In this document: positions 33,338 to 45,185 of the stretch, piece by piece | Layout: the number at the start of each line of letters is the position of its first letter | How positions within the stretch are numbered: position 1 is the first letter of the stretch | Assembly: GCA_000004985.1 (NCBI GenBank) | Contig: GG738862.1 | Origin: Naegleria gruberi | Taxonomy: Eukaryota | Strand: one strand, 5' to 3' | Length of the DNA stretch: 64,000 nt | Notes under the pieces: generated by a model | The model's database searches: none | The model's input: only the letters and a program-made list of their open reading frames with translations | Told to the model about the DNA's origin: nothing | Translations under genes and position numbers: made by a program

Positions 33338-36300
33338 TTATTGTAATTTAGCAAAATTTCTTGGTGCTTTTCGATATTTGTTGTGGACAAATTCCAAAAA
33401 GTCATTCACCAATATTTCATTAGAATCGTGCATGTCCATAAAATCAGAAGGGAGAGAGTGAACTGGAATGCTTAATTGATAAAATTGATTTCTATTGTTG
33501 GAGGTTTGAGGAATTGGTTGTGGTGGAGGTGGACCGTGTGGATTAGAGATGGGAAATGAAGATGTTTCACTTTTAAAAACTTGTTGTTGTTGTTGAGGAT
33601 TGATCATACTTGAGGGTGGACTTGATCTGTTATTAGGTGGTGGCGGTGCAGTCATTGGTGAATTAGAGAAAATTGAGGAAAGAGAAGGTAATGAAGAGGA
33701 TCCAGTGGACACAGGTGATTGTTTTACATGAGACTGGTGTGATTGGGTTGGATATGGTGGGCTTCCAGAAGAAGATCTAACCTCTGATGGATGTTGTTGT
33801 TGTGAATAATAATGATTATTTTGAGAAGGGTTACCATTAACATTATTACTATCAAATATTAAGGAACTTGCACTGTAACTTGGCCTATAGGTTGATTGTT
33901 GTTGTGGAGGTGTTCCAAAAGATGAACTTACTGCATGGTTAATAGGTTGATTGTTTGAATAATAACCATGTCCTCCACCAGCAGAGGATGCAGCAGGACT
34001 ACCAGAAACATGATTAAATGATTGATTCGAATGACGTTGAGGTGGTTGATGATTCTTATAACCATCCATATAATACGGTGAAGGGGCTTGTTCTGGATGC
34101 AAGGGCGACACCACCACGTTATAGTGTTGTGGTGATTGTTGTTGGTGTGAAATACTGCTGTTATTGGCAAGCTGAGACAATTGGTTTCTAGAATCCCTTA
34201 AAGGTGGTGTTTGCTGGTGGTATGTTGTTGTTGTATGATGAGGTGTATGTGTTGGGGGATATGGATTGTAAGCATGTGAATGATTCGCCGAATGTTGCGA
34301 AAAGGTAACTGAAGGGGATTCATCACAAATTAAGGAATTTGATTTGGTGTTAGCGCCATCGCTTAGTGAAGAGGCCACTTGCCTTAATTTGGCACCGATT
34401 GGAGAGGAAGAAGATCCAGAATTAGAGGAAGTCAAACCACCATAACCTCCTCCACCTTGAGGGGTTGCACTGATACTTGTTGGATTTCCTGTGAGAGTAC
34501 CTTTTGCAGTCTTGATTCTCCGTTTGTCGAAGAAGAAGGAACGTGCAGTAAGGCAAACAATAGTTGGACTAAGCAAGAGTGAAATTCGTGTCTGTTGTTG
34601 TTGTTGTTGTTGCTGTAGTTCACTTAGATACGGGAGTGCAATCATTTCAAATCTAACTTTCAATCTCTTGTTCACAACCTTGACTGTCTTTCTTTCCAAA
34701 GAGAAATCCAAATTACGAGAGTAGACCAAGAATGAATCCACTGGTTTTTCCTCCTGTTCATTATTCTTTAAATATTTCTGATAGCATTGAATTGGATCTA
34801 GAGAAAATTCATGAACTAGCACTTCCTTTGCTGTAAATTCAGCATTCTTATAGAGTATTTGGTATTTGATTGGTGAAATAATGGAAGGATTTAAATTACC
34901 AGATGAAAAATCATCGAAAATTGTTTTAAATTGATTCAGAGTTTGTTCCTTAATTTTCACCCATAAATGAAGAACTACTTGCTGATTTTCATACCATGTT
35001 AAACCTTGTGTTTCTGAAGTATCTGGTGAATTTCTTCCACAAGAAGATGCAGAACTGGTTGAATCAGTACTCTTTCCACTTTCAAAATTTGTAAAAACTC
35101 CATTTGGTGTGCATTTAATATAGTCAATTCGAGTTAAATTACTATTATTATTTGCAGAAGAACTGCTCGATGATACACCATTCAATATAGATCCTTCAGA
35201 AGAATTAACACCAGTATTAACAGTAGCAGAAGTGGCAGTATTACTGTTCACTGAATCATAATTTCCACAAGAATTTAAATTATTTGCTATTGTGGAATTT
35301 GAGGTAGTGCCTGTCGCAGATAACAAGGATGGATTGTAATAACCATCTGAAAATAGCTGTCGCATATCACTATTAGAAAGATGCAACTCAAATTCTAACA
35401 TTTCATGCATGTGACATGTCATCCTCTCCACAAGTCTTTTAATGTGTTGATCATTTTCAATCATCGAAATAACATTATTTTGATGATATTGTTGTTGTGA
35501 TGTAATATTATTACCGTTATTTGAGTAGGAATGATCAGTCATCTGATTGTGGCTAAGTGATGATGGATTTGATTGTTGTTGTTGACCCATCATATTTAAA
35601 GAATTATTGGGAGAAGGATCCACGGCAAACGTTTGATTTGTTGTTGATCTATAAACTATATTTGAATACATAGTTTGTTCACTACCACACTGTCCATTGT
35701 TATTAGTATTAGTATTAGTATTCACATGTGGTGATTGCATCCTATTTTGTTGATTATTGTAATATGATTGTTGTCCTGTTGTTGGTGGAGGAGGATTTGA
35801 TGATGATGGCAACACGTGATGATGGTGGTGTGAATTTGTTTTGTTTTCCAAAACGGAACCGTCTTGCTGTTGTGAAACTCTTTGTTGAATCACTATGGGA
35901 GAACACATGTTCGAATCTTGGTGAATGGTAGGCAATGAACTATAGCTCGATTGAATTTCACAGGACATATTTGTGGCCTTACTACCTAATGTGAGATCAC
36001 AAAGATCGGTGCTATGAAAGCTCTTTGAAGAGTTGGCAGGTTGTTGTTGCCTTTCATTCATAGATGGTTGTTGGTTGGATATATGTGATGAGGCGGTGAA
36101 GTTTTTTGGAGTTGGAGATGATTGGATTCGTAGTATAGAAAGATTGCTACCATGCATGGTTGTAGGCTGAGGTGGAGAATGGAAACTTTTTGGAAAAGAA
36201 TCCTTATATAAGGATGTTGATGAAGCATGTGGGGAAGTCTGATAAGATGCAATTACATTCATATTGTTTGCTTGATTATTGGAAGTAGTTTGATTTAAGG

Positions 36301-36451
36301 GTTGTTGTGTTGAGTTGAGATGGTGATGGGAATATGTTGATGTTATTCTTCTTAAGGATCCTTCTTCTGCTTCTTCTTGTATTGCTGGGAATGAATTATT
36401 TGGAGAGTGTTGTTGTAGTGGGGAATTGTCCATCATGAATCTATAACTCAA
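33338..36451 (-). CDS. Large (1037 aa) Q/N/S/P/H-rich protein, possibly nuclear, with an about 200-aa conserved-looking central globular region.
   Basis: Central segment GLTWYENQQVVLHLWVKIKEQTLNQFKTIFDDFSSG...FSLDPIQCYQKYL...FLVYSRNLDFSLERKTVKVVNKRLKVRFEMIALPYLSELQQQQQQQ, flanked by homopolymeric Q/N/H/T tracts. Confidence 0.55.
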   Translation of the reverse strand: MSYRFMMDNSPLQQHSPNNSFPAIQEEAEEGSLRRITSTYSHHHLNSTQQPLNQTTSNNQANNMNVIASYQTSPHASSTSLYKDSFPKSFHSPPQPTTMHGSNLSILRIQSSPTPKNFTASSHISNQQPSMNERQQQPANSSKSFHSTDLCDLTLGSKATNMSCEIQSSYSSLPTIHQDSNMCSPIVIQQRVSQQQDGSVLENKTNSHHHHHVLPSSSNPPPPTTGQQSYYNNQQNRMQSPHVNTNTNTNNNGQCGSEQTMYSNIVYRSTTNQTFAVDPSPNNSLNMMGQQQQSNPSSLSHNQMTDHSYSNNGNNITSQQQYHQNNVISMIENDQHIKRLVERMTCHMHEMLEFELHLSNSDMRQLFSDGYYNPSLLSATGTTSNSTIANNLNSCGNYDSVNSNTATSATVNTGVNSSEGSILNGVSSSSSSANNNSNLTRIDYIKCTPNGVFTNFESGKSTDSTSSASSCGRNSPDTSETQGLTWYENQQVVLHLWVKIKEQTLNQFKTIFDDFSSGNLNPSIISPIKYQILYKNAEFTAKEVLVHEFSLDPIQCYQKYLKNNEQEEKPVDSFLVYSRNLDFSLERKTVKVVNKRLKVRFEMIALPYLSELQQQQQQQQTRISLLLSPTIVCLTARSFFFDKRRIKTAKGTLTGNPTSISATPQGGGGYGGLTSSNSGSSSSPIGAKLRQVASSLSDGANTKSNSLICDESPSVTFSQHSANHSHAYNPYPPTHTPHHTTTTYHQQTPPLRDSRNQLSQLANNSSISHQQQSPQHYNVVVSPLHPEQAPSPYYMDGYKNHQPPQRHSNQSFNHVSGSPAASSAGGGHGYYSNNQPINHAVSSSFGTPPQQQSTYRPSYSASSLIFDSNNVNGNPSQNNHYYSQQQHPSEVRSSSGSPPYPTQSHQSHVKQSPVSTGSSSLPSLSSIFSNSPMTAPPPPNNRSSPPSSMINPQQQQQVFKSETSSFPISNPHGPPPPQPIPQTSNNRNQFYQLSIPVHSLPSDFMDMHDSNEILVNDFLEFVHNKYRKAPRNFAKLQ

Positions 36452-38116
36452 TGCTTACAAATATTAATGTCTTCAGCGGAACTCAATATAGTAGAAAGGA
36501 GATGTTCTTGCAAAGGCTTGGCTGCCTACTGAGAGATTTTGAGCAATATAAATTGGTAATGCACAATGGCAAATAAATTAGCAAAAGTGATGGAAGACAG
36601 TTTGATTCAGTCGTTGTTGTCGTCGAAAGATTACCCGAGGGAGAGTTTTATTGAGGGTCGGGTTGAGAAAATTGTTGAATTCAAAGTTTGATCCAAAATA
36701 CAGTCAAAATAGTAGTGATGACGATATTATTGTTGTTGTATTGGATTGGAGGTAAGGTTGCGTGTTGAGGTGTTTTATTCGTTTTCGCACCAAACCATGA
36801 ATTGAGGCAGATTGCGGTCGGTGCCAACAACAACAATAAAAAAAACCACAGCAAGAGCCGTAATTAAGTTACAGGCGAAGAACGAGTATTGATACTACCC
36901 TCTAGAAATGTACTTACCTTATTTAATGCTACTGTCGGTTCGCTAAGGCGCAAACTGTAATGAATATGGGCACACTTTTACAAGTCCAGATATATGTACC
37001 GTAATCTTGAGATTAAAATTAAAAAGGAACAACGTTGGGATTATGGAATTCAGGCTTTATGAACAATGCAAAAAGGTAAAATTGAGAGAAAAGCTTGTTG
37101 TGATGAAGAGAATTTGTCAGAGCCAATTTTTGTGTTGAAGAGGATGACACAATTTTGAATGAGGAGAAGAAGGTTTGGTTTCTTTTTTTTGTTGTTTTGT
37201 GGCAACATCAATGATCGAACAAAATCAGGTCAATTGTCAATAATTAAATAAGCTTCAGACGGTATTTAGTTTCATGAACCAATGATGTAATGACATGTTA
37301 CAAGCCATATCTGCAACATTTCCATACAATTTTGCTTTTGGTAGTGAAAGGATCAAATAAAGAATTTGTAATTGACAAAACCACTCAAGACGTGGACAAA
37401 CACTACTCTCTCAGATTGGAAGAAAAGTTCGCAACTCATCTGTTAAGCAACATAAAACCATTTCATCACATTGTCAACAAACAAGATAACAACAGCAAAC
37501 TTGGTTTTCTCTCTCTTCACTTGTGAAAATCCCCCCATCACGCAACCTTACCAACAGAAGCAAAAACTATACCATAGCAAAATATGAAGTGACTTTTCGC
37601 TGATTAAATACAATACCTTCGAGCACTTTAATAAGGTAGCCCGAATTATGAGGATATTTCCACTACAGTGTTTATTCCTCTCAATGATACTTCAAGCTTC
37701 TCAACAAACGGCGAAAGTAAGGCTACCAAATTCTCCTATGGAAATATACCTTCCTTATTTCTCCTTGGCAAGTTCTTCTTTGGGATTTGCAACTTTGTTT
37801 GGTCGTCTGTTAAGCGATTGAAATCAAAGGAGCATGTTGAAAATATTCCGTGTAAATACATATGCGATGTTAGCAAATCAAAATTGGATGTTTTTTTCAA
37901 TTTGCCAAACAGCCCTGTGGTGATTAGAATATAAATGACCTTAAGGACAGGATTCTGAATGTCAGAATACTGTTTCAGTCTGTTGCAGTTGCTTTTTTAT
38001 TGTTAAGCTTTCTTAATTGTTTGGCTAACAACTTTGCTAATGAGAAGGTTAACTATTGGATTCTTAGGTTATGGCGCCAAAAGAAAAAACCGTTTTGTTA
38101 TTTTAAAAAAAAAAAA

Positions 38117-39285
38117 ATGAAAAAAGTTATTCAAGACGAATCAGACCACGACGATGAATACGAACCAGAGGAAAATACTCCAATGGACGATGAAGAAGAA
38201 GTAGAGGAAGAAACAACATCTTCATCACAAGCAAGTAGTAGTAATAGTAGTATTAATAATATTGCTGGATCTAGTAGTAATGTTGATGCTGATGATGAAG
38301 ATGAGAATGCCTATGTGATGGGTATCGATGAAGCCGGAAGAGGTATTGTAGTTTATATTTAATTATTGAATATTAACAACTTATTGCGATGATACGTTTA
38401 CTTTAAAATACAATAATTCATCATCTTCATCATTTAAACTTGATGAAAATAGGACCTGTTCTTGGACCACTTGTCTATGCTTGCATGTTTTGTAAATCCA
38501 AGTATAATACTGATAATTTCCTGAAGAAAACTTTCCATGTTAATGATTCTAAAAAACTGACAGCCAAAATGAGAGAAAAGATCTTCAAGACACTCAAGGA
38601 AAATTCAAAAATTGTACACTACATTACTTGTATTGTTCAGTCAGATGAAATTTCACACAAAATGCTCTCGAGGAAAAAGTATAATCTCAACTTAATTTCT
38701 CACGATTGTGCCATTCATCTTATCAAGACAGCATCAGAAACTCTCAGTAAAAAGGGAAAGTATTTGAAAGAGGTTTATATTGATACAGTTGGTGATCCAA
38801 AAAAGTATCAAGCCAAGCTACAAGAAAAATTCCCAGAAATTGAATCCATAGTGGTTGATAAGAAGGCTGATTCCAAATATCCAGTGGTTGGTGGTGCTTC
38901 AATTGTTGCCAAGGTGAAGAGAGATGAAATTGTGGAGGAAATACAGTCATTGAAATATTCTAAACTGAAAATGGGAAGTGGTTACACTTCAGATAAGTAT
39001 ACCAAGGATTTTTTGAATAAGGCATTGGATAAAGTTTTTGGATACCACCACACAGATGTAAGATTCAGTTGGTCTACCATAAAAAAAATTTTAGATGATA
39101 GTGCAGTATCAGTTGAGTGGGAGGATGATGGAATGGATGACGGCACAAATGAAGATGAATTCGAATCTCCTTTTGAAACCAAGCAACAGACCAAATTGTC
39201 TTTCCACATTTCAGCAGCGGAGAAACAAAGACACAGAATTGATTTTATGGCAAATAGAAATATTGAACTGGTTTCAGAATTTTAA
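38117..39285 (+). CDS. Ribonuclease H2 catalytic subunit A (RNase HII family), 2 exons: join(38117..38342, 38453..39285). Intron is 110 nt.
   Basis: YVMGIDEAGRG|PVLGPLVYACMFC...DSKKLTAKMRE...VYIDTVGDPKKYQAKL...YPVVGGASIVAKVKRD. The donor GTATTG follows AGAG and the acceptor is aaaatag. Phase 1 restores GIDEAGRGPVLGP. The N-terminus is acidic and Ser-rich. Confidence 0.75.
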
Positions 39286-39601
39286 TTTTTACAAAATTTT
39301 GGAAATTTTGTAAAAATACACAATTATTTCAACAATTTAATCTGAGTCGATAGGACCAGCAACCAAACTTTTTGATTCAATTTGGACTTTTCCCTTCTCT
39401 TTTGTTGATTCTTTCCACGTTCCTCATCAATTTTATAGAGTGCATCAATTCTAACTTTCTCCAATTCTTCGCTATCGATGATATTGCGGATCATGAGATG
39501 AGATCGGCAGAGTTTCATCATCTGCATCTATCCTCATCAGCCTTTCTTTGCTTGTTGCATTTTTTTCTTGTTGAGCAAGGATTTTGTAATCAATTAAAAA
39601 A

Positions 39602-40797
39602 ATGGGAAACCAGCAACCAAGGCATGGTAGTGTTTCTTCATCATCGGAATCATTAACAACTAATAGAACAAGTAACAATTTTCTTCCCAATGAAATTTAT
39701 TTAGAAATTATGAGCTATATGGACAGTGGGCAAATAATTAAAAATTGTTCTTTAATTTCCAAGCAATGGTGGACCATGATCAAACAACACTGTTCTTTTA
39801 GAATTATTCTCCGATATAAACTTGATATGATTCATGTAAAATCAATGAGCAAGTGTAGATTCTTGGAAAATATTAAAAGCATTGAAATTAATGCAACATA
39901 TGAGAATCATACTGAAAGATTGAAAATATATCAAGAACTATTAAGAGTTATGGGAAGGATAAAGAATTTGCATTTCTTTCCATTAATTCATTGATGATCA
40001 ATCCAAAACAAGCTGAATTGATATTGAATTTGAAAGGATTACAATATCTGAATATTGGAAGGAACAATATTGATGATGCTACTATTTGCAAAATTAGCAA
40101 AATGGATAAATTGACATCTCTAAATATTGAATCAATACATATAGGAATTGAAGGATTTAAGGCAGTATGTGGGATGAAACAATTGACAGCATTATATACC
40201 TGTTTCAATGTCGAAGTTCATACAAACGATGTAGTCAAACTAATTTCTTTATCATTACCTAATTTAACACTTTTGGATATTCAAGCAAGTTATCTAAAGG
40301 AACAAGAAGCAAAATATTTGAGTCAACTGGTAAATCTAAAATCACTGAATGTTAGATTTAACTTTCTTGGAGACGAAGGAATGCAATATATTAGTAAATT
40401 GGAAAATTTAACATTTCTGAATATTGCTCATAATATTATAACACCTGAAGGAGCAAGACAATTTAAGGAGCTGAAACACCTGACGAATCTCAATTTAAAA
40501 GGATGTGGACTTGGTGAAAAGGGATTTGAGGCACTCAAAATTAATGAACTCTGTAATTTGACAATATTAAATATTAGTGCTAATAACATTGGTTTAAAGC
40601 AAGTTCAATTCATTTGTAAGATGACTCAATTGATATCACTCGATACCAGTGAAAATCTCATTGACATAGATGGTTCCCAAATAATTAGTGAAAGGCTGTT
40701 AAATTTAAGAGAACTTGTAATGGATGAGATTGCTTTTGATGAGGAAGCAATCTCTAATATGCCTCGATTGATCTCTGTGGAATTGTTTCAAAGATGA
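39602..40797 (+). pseudogene. F-box-like/LRR gene with a frameshift at about 39990 and no splice signals there. It is either a pseudogene or a sequencing error.
   Basis: Frame 1 gives MGNQQPRHG...LPNEIYLEIMSYMD...CSLISKQWWTMIK (F-box-like) and ends in ...LHFFPLIH*. Frame 2 continues immediately with MINPKQAELILNLKGLQYLNIGRNNI... LRR units. The two frames overlap by 4 nt. Confidence 0.5.
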
Positions 40798-40916
40798 AGG
40801 AGATTTTAGACATCTGACAACGTTTTGGTGTTCAATGGTTTTGGTGAAACCTTGCCACTTTGTAGTTAGGCGAGTTGTGAGTTGACTAAAATAATTTATG
40901 AAAATTACGAAAAAAA

Positions 40917-41852
40917 ATGTCATTGATGAATCAAGATGGGGACTGCTGTTGTACGGTGGACTTGATTGATTTCTCGAGTGGTGGTTGCAATAGTGAATCA
41001 TATCAAGATCCAATGATCGGAATGTTGAAACAAAAATTTAGATCACCAAAGCGAATTGCCTTCTCCAACAAATTTGAACAATTCAAAAGTATTGAATTAG
41101 AAGGTGATGATGTGTTTGATGTTAGGATTTCTCGGTCCTGCTCATTGATAATTGCCGTTAACAACAACTGTTTTGTTTTTATAGATTATGAAACATTGGA
41201 AATCAAGCGACAAGTAGAAACTGAAGAAGAATGCATGTATTTCGAACTTGAGGAAGATTATGATTATTGTGGAAATGATGCCTTGTTGATTAATTACAAT
41301 AGGAGTGTTTCGAAATATGATTTGAAACAATTTATTACAGAAGGGGAGAGTTGTAAACCCATTTGGACCTATTGTACAGGCATTGTTACAAGCCAACCTG
41401 TTAGTGTGATGATTTTGGATGGAAAAAAAGTTGTGGTCTTTAATGAGGATAGCTGTATGGCCTTTCTTGATACCAAGATAGGAACAAAGCTAATAGAGTA
41501 CACTATCAAATTGGAGGGCTCTATTTCTGGATGCATTGAACCTGATCGTAGGAAACCAAACACTCTTTATCTCTTCGTGAAGGAAATGATGAGATTTGAA
41601 TATGAGAATGGGAATTGGAAAAGTACCTCATTTACTACCGATCATAGTAATATTGATGGATTATGCATGGATAGAGTTTCTGGTGTTCTTTATTTTAGTG
41701 GATATTGTGAGACCAAATGGAGCATTTCTGCATATACAACTTCTGGAACATTTATTGGAACACATTATGTCATTTGTGGTGGTTTTTGCATTGACGAGAG
41801 AACAGGATTAATGTACATGGCAGAATCGAACAAGATTTCAATTGTGAAATAA
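40917..41852 (+). CDS. Hypothetical protein (311 aa), Cys-rich N-terminus, possibly beta-rich or propeller-like.
   Basis: Clean ORF MSLMNQDGDCCCTVDLIDFSSGGC...GLMYMAESNKISIVK. No motif recognised. Confidence 0.5.
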   Translation: MSLMNQDGDCCCTVDLIDFSSGGCNSESYQDPMIGMLKQKFRSPKRIAFSNKFEQFKSIELEGDDVFDVRISRSCSLIIAVNNNCFVFIDYETLEIKRQVETEEECMYFELEEDYDYCGNDALLINYNRSVSKYDLKQFITEGESCKPIWTYCTGIVTSQPVSVMILDGKKVVVFNEDSCMAFLDTKIGTKLIEYTIKLEGSISGCIEPDRRKPNTLYLFVKEMMRFEYENGNWKSTSFTTDHSNIDGLCMDRVSGVLYFSGYCETKWSISAYTTSGTFIGTHYVICGGFCIDERTGLMYMAESNKISIVK

Positions 41853-41857
41853 TGGGG

Positions 41858-42014
41858 GAGACAACCTGCACATTATGCTTATCCCTGGATAACTGCTCGA
41901 TAGACCACCGTCAGCTTGTTCCCGCCAAGTCCTGACTTTGTTATGTGGGGATAAGCATATTGTGCTGGCTTCAGCTACCACTGTCAGCCAATAATGCACA
42001 GTTGAACATTTTTT
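41858..42014 (+). ncRNA. Candidate small structured RNA. It is a GC-rich island closed by a 17-18-bp inverted repeat and followed by a T6 run, consistent with a Pol III-type terminator.
   Basis: 41869-41885 cacattatgcttatccc pairs with 41947-41964 ggggataagcatattgtg and encloses about 60 nt of GC-rich sequence (ccaccgtcagc / cactgtcagcc direct repeat). tttttt lies at 42009-42014. The surrounding DNA is AT-rich. Confidence 0.3.
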
Positions 42015-43006
42015 GACCCATTTTCTTTATTATCTATTGAAATTCTTGTTCAATACTCGCAATTAAAGTTCAATGTAATAATGTCACTTCTGTGTTTGCT
42101 CCATGTTCAACTATTTCAAAGAAGTCTAATCATGAAAAAACAAACAACGACCATAATTCAGTTTTCAAAAAACATCCATCGAGAAAGGTTTTTAAGATTT
42201 GTTCGAATTTCCACTCTTTGGTTTCTTCATACTTACCTTGAAGGACATTTCAGTGATCATGCAGACTGAAATGTGAATCTGGAAACTCTCCTCCTTGCAC
42301 TCAGAGGATGAGTAGCCAGAGTTTGGTCAATAATCAAAGTGGTTGTTGCACTCCTTCTCAATTTTTTCCTGTGAGGATTCATCTGGTATGATTTCTCGCT
42401 CTGTTAACAAATAGAAATTCAATGAAAATATGTGTTGAAGTGGTCTTGCATTCGAATAGTTGCTGCAACGAAGAATCTCCAACAAGTCCAAGTTACCTTG
42501 TATTGGCCTTCACTTGCTGGATTATTTAATACCAACTGAACCCAAATACATGGTGATAGATTTGCTGAAGCTACTGAATAATTCATCAAAATTTCAAAAG
42601 CTCAAGCTGTGAGTCATTTTTTATATCTTAAATAAACGTTGGATTTAAAGTGTTAATTTGAAAAAGACTACAGCACCACAGGTTCCCAAGTTGTCTCCAA
42701 CCTCAGTACTGATGTGGCTCGACGATGCTTAACTTCTCAAATCGGACGGGATGAGGTGCATTCATCGTGATATGGCCGTAGCCATTCATTTCTTCAAAAT
42801 GTTAAACTTCAATGTAGAATCCAACAGTTTGCTTTAAGCACCTACCAAATCTGTTCTTTGTATTCAACAACTCCTGTTCACACAACCCAGACCAAAAAAT
42901 CTAGGAAATCAATTTGGAATTTTCAACATTACGGACAATTCCAATCCAACAACTAACTGCACACCTCATTCCACAAACACTGTTCTTTTGAAAAAAAAAC
43001 CTTTAA

Positions 43007-43339
43007 ATGAAACGAAAACAAGCAGCTCGTATCTTGAAAGCATTCCTATCTCTGTTGAGGATTCTCATTCTACATTTCTATCCACAACTGTTTGGTCAAT
43101 TCCAGAGCAAAGTGGCGCAAGTTGTGGAGGAGAAGAAGGGTCAATTGATATTGAAAAGGAAGGCACTCAAACAATTCCTCCAGAAATTATATACCATCCT
43201 CTTGTTTAGAATGTTATTGAGGAAGAGGAAAAGTAGATTCACAATGATCGGAATTAGAAAATTTACTACTCCACAACAACAACAACAACAATCTAATGAT
43301 GGAGCAGTAAGAACATTAACTGCATTGGCCAATAACTAG
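43007..43339 (+). CDS. Small basic hypothetical protein (110 aa). Weak call.
   Basis: ATG ORF MKRKQAARILKAFLSLLRIL...RKFTTPQQQQQQSNDG. It contains a (CAA)6 microsatellite. No homology recognised. Confidence 0.25.
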   Translation: MKRKQAARILKAFLSLLRILILHFYPQLFGQFQSKVAQVVEEKKGQLILKRKALKQFLQKLYTILLFRMLLRKRKSRFTMIGIRKFTTPQQQQQQSNDGAVRTLTALANN

Positions 43340-43697
43340 GAAGGGAAATATTGGATAAGAAAAGAATCAAAGTGTTGCTGAGAAGTTGAGAATGAGAATT
43401 GTAAAGCGTGAAGAATCATGTGATGAAGGTTCAAGTGAAGTATTTCGTGGATTCTCAATCAATATATCTCTAGAGAGAAGATGCTGATTTCAAATAGTTT
43501 GGATAATGGTGCATTATAATGATGAAGATAATGAGAAAATTGGATATTCGAATATCTGGATAAGAAAGGTATTGGATAAGAGTGCATTAGTCAACTTGTA
43601 ATATTGAGCAGGTTGAAACTAGTTGAAGATATGATAATTTACAATTTGTAATATTTTGTAATTGTTGAAATTAATTAAATAAAAATTATTAAAAAAA

Positions 43698-45185
43698 ATG
43701 ACTGACAGTTCGTGGCAGATTATTCCTGATGAAATTTTGATCAATATTTTCGAATATTTACATTCGATTGATTATGTCCGTATTGCCCACGTTTCTTCTC
43801 ACTGGAGAAAACTTGCAAAATTATCCTATTGTCATTCGGTGTGGAATTTACAACAATATCACAAGGATTTGAGTAGAACTACTCCATCACTCTGTCAACC
43901 TAAACTAAATAATGATGTTTTATGGTTGTTTTCGAAAGTTTATTTATCAATTGATCCCAATAATGTGAAATTTATTAATGAATTTATCAAGAATTTGTTA
44001 ACTTCTAAAAAATTGAAACATTTAATTGTGGAAAATCCAAGTTTTTTGGAAAGTTCGAATATTTTCAAACAGTTTGATAATGGAGCGACAAGTTGTGAGA
44101 GTCTTACTGCTTTGGAGATTGTTTCTAGTTATGCTATGATTGACTGTATGGATAAATTTCCAAATTTGAAAGTTCTCAAGTTTAGAAATTGTTATGGAGT
44201 AATTGGAATTTCATTGATGAAACATATTCATCAAAGATTGGAGAGTTGTGCTATTGAAAATTCATATTTTGATTCAAAAACGTTTTTCAATGCGATTGAG
44301 AATGGAGTTTCGAATTTAAAAAAGATTAGTTTAGAGTTTATCAAAAAAGAAGATTTAACTGCATTGAGCTTGAGCTCGTTTCCCTATTTGAGAAAATTGA
44401 AAATATCAAAAATTAACCTTCAAATAGCTCACTTATTATGGAATTCGTTTAGTCATCAATTGAAAAAGTTCAATATTACTCTGGCTGATGATGAATATCA
44501 AGTTTTTGATTTTCAAAAAAGAAATGCTCCTCATTTGAAATCATTGCAACTTTGCAACTCAACTTTGGATGAATGTGATATAGAAATGCCTCAATTAGAG
44601 CATTTGGAATTTTATTATGTATACGAATTGCCAGTAATCATTTCCAAATTCGTTGGATTGAAAACTCTAATTATTAGAAACTGTTACGAAATGGATTTTT
44701 CCAATATTGGTCAACTCTTGCAATTACGACACTTGGAAGCAAGTAATGTTGGCGATTTGGAAGCTGTTAGACATATTTCGAAATTGGAAAATATCATTCA
44801 TTTAACAATTTCAGGAATTAATGATGCTGGAAGTGAAATTATTTCTAATGGAAATCTTAGAAACCTGAAATGCTTGGAAATTGATTTTGAAAATCCTGAG
44901 AAATCAGCTTACTATCTCTCACACTCCAATTTAACAAACTTGAGAATTATTCGATTCACTCTCAATGAAGAGGCAAGCAAAATATTCAGTCGAACGAGCT
45001 TGGAATTGAGGACTGTTATTCTAAACGAAATATGTGAAGTTTCACACCTTATCAAGAACTTGCAATGTGACCAAATTGTTGTGTGGACATTAAAACGCCT
45101 CCCCAACTTGGACCAAAATTCCAAATTGGCTATGAAATGCAATAAGAGATTAATATTCACCAATGATTACAAACCATTCCTTTAA
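43698..45185 (+). CDS. F-box protein with C-terminal LRR-like repeats (495 aa).
   Basis: Canonical F-box IIPDEILINIFEYLHSIDYVRIAHVSSHWRKLAKL, followed by degenerate L-rich repeats (LKVLKFRNCYGV..., LKTLIIRNCYEM...). Confidence 0.7.
   Translation: MTDSSWQIIPDEILINIFEYLHSIDYVRIAHVSSHWRKLAKLSYCHSVWNLQQYHKDLSRTTPSLCQPKLNNDVLWLFSKVYLSIDPNNVKFINEFIKNLLTSKKLKHLIVENPSFLESSNIFKQFDNGATSCESLTALEIVSSYAMIDCMDKFPNLKVLKFRNCYGVIGISLMKHIHQRLESCAIENSYFDSKTFFNAIENGVSNLKKISLEFIKKEDLTALSLSSFPYLRKLKISKINLQIAHLLWNSFSHQLKKFNITLADDEYQVFDFQKRNAPHLKSLQLCNSTLDECDIEMPQLEHLEFYYVYELPVIISKFVGLKTLIIRNCYEMDFSNIGQLLQLRHLEASNVGDLEAVRHISKLENIIHLTISGINDAGSEIISNGNLRNLKCLEIDFENPEKSAYYLSHSNLTNLRIIRFTLNEEASKIFSRTSLELRTVILNEICEVSHLIKNLQCDQIVVWTLKRLPNLDQNSKLAMKCNKRLIFTNDYKPFL

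Noticed and set aside
36880-36960. U1-snRNA-like 5' motif GTACTTACCTTA in the 1.6-kb divergent intergenic region 36452-38116.
   Set aside because: It is only a 9-nt resemblance to the U1 5' end. There is no Sm site, no stem-loop pattern and no U1-like continuation. It is probably chance.
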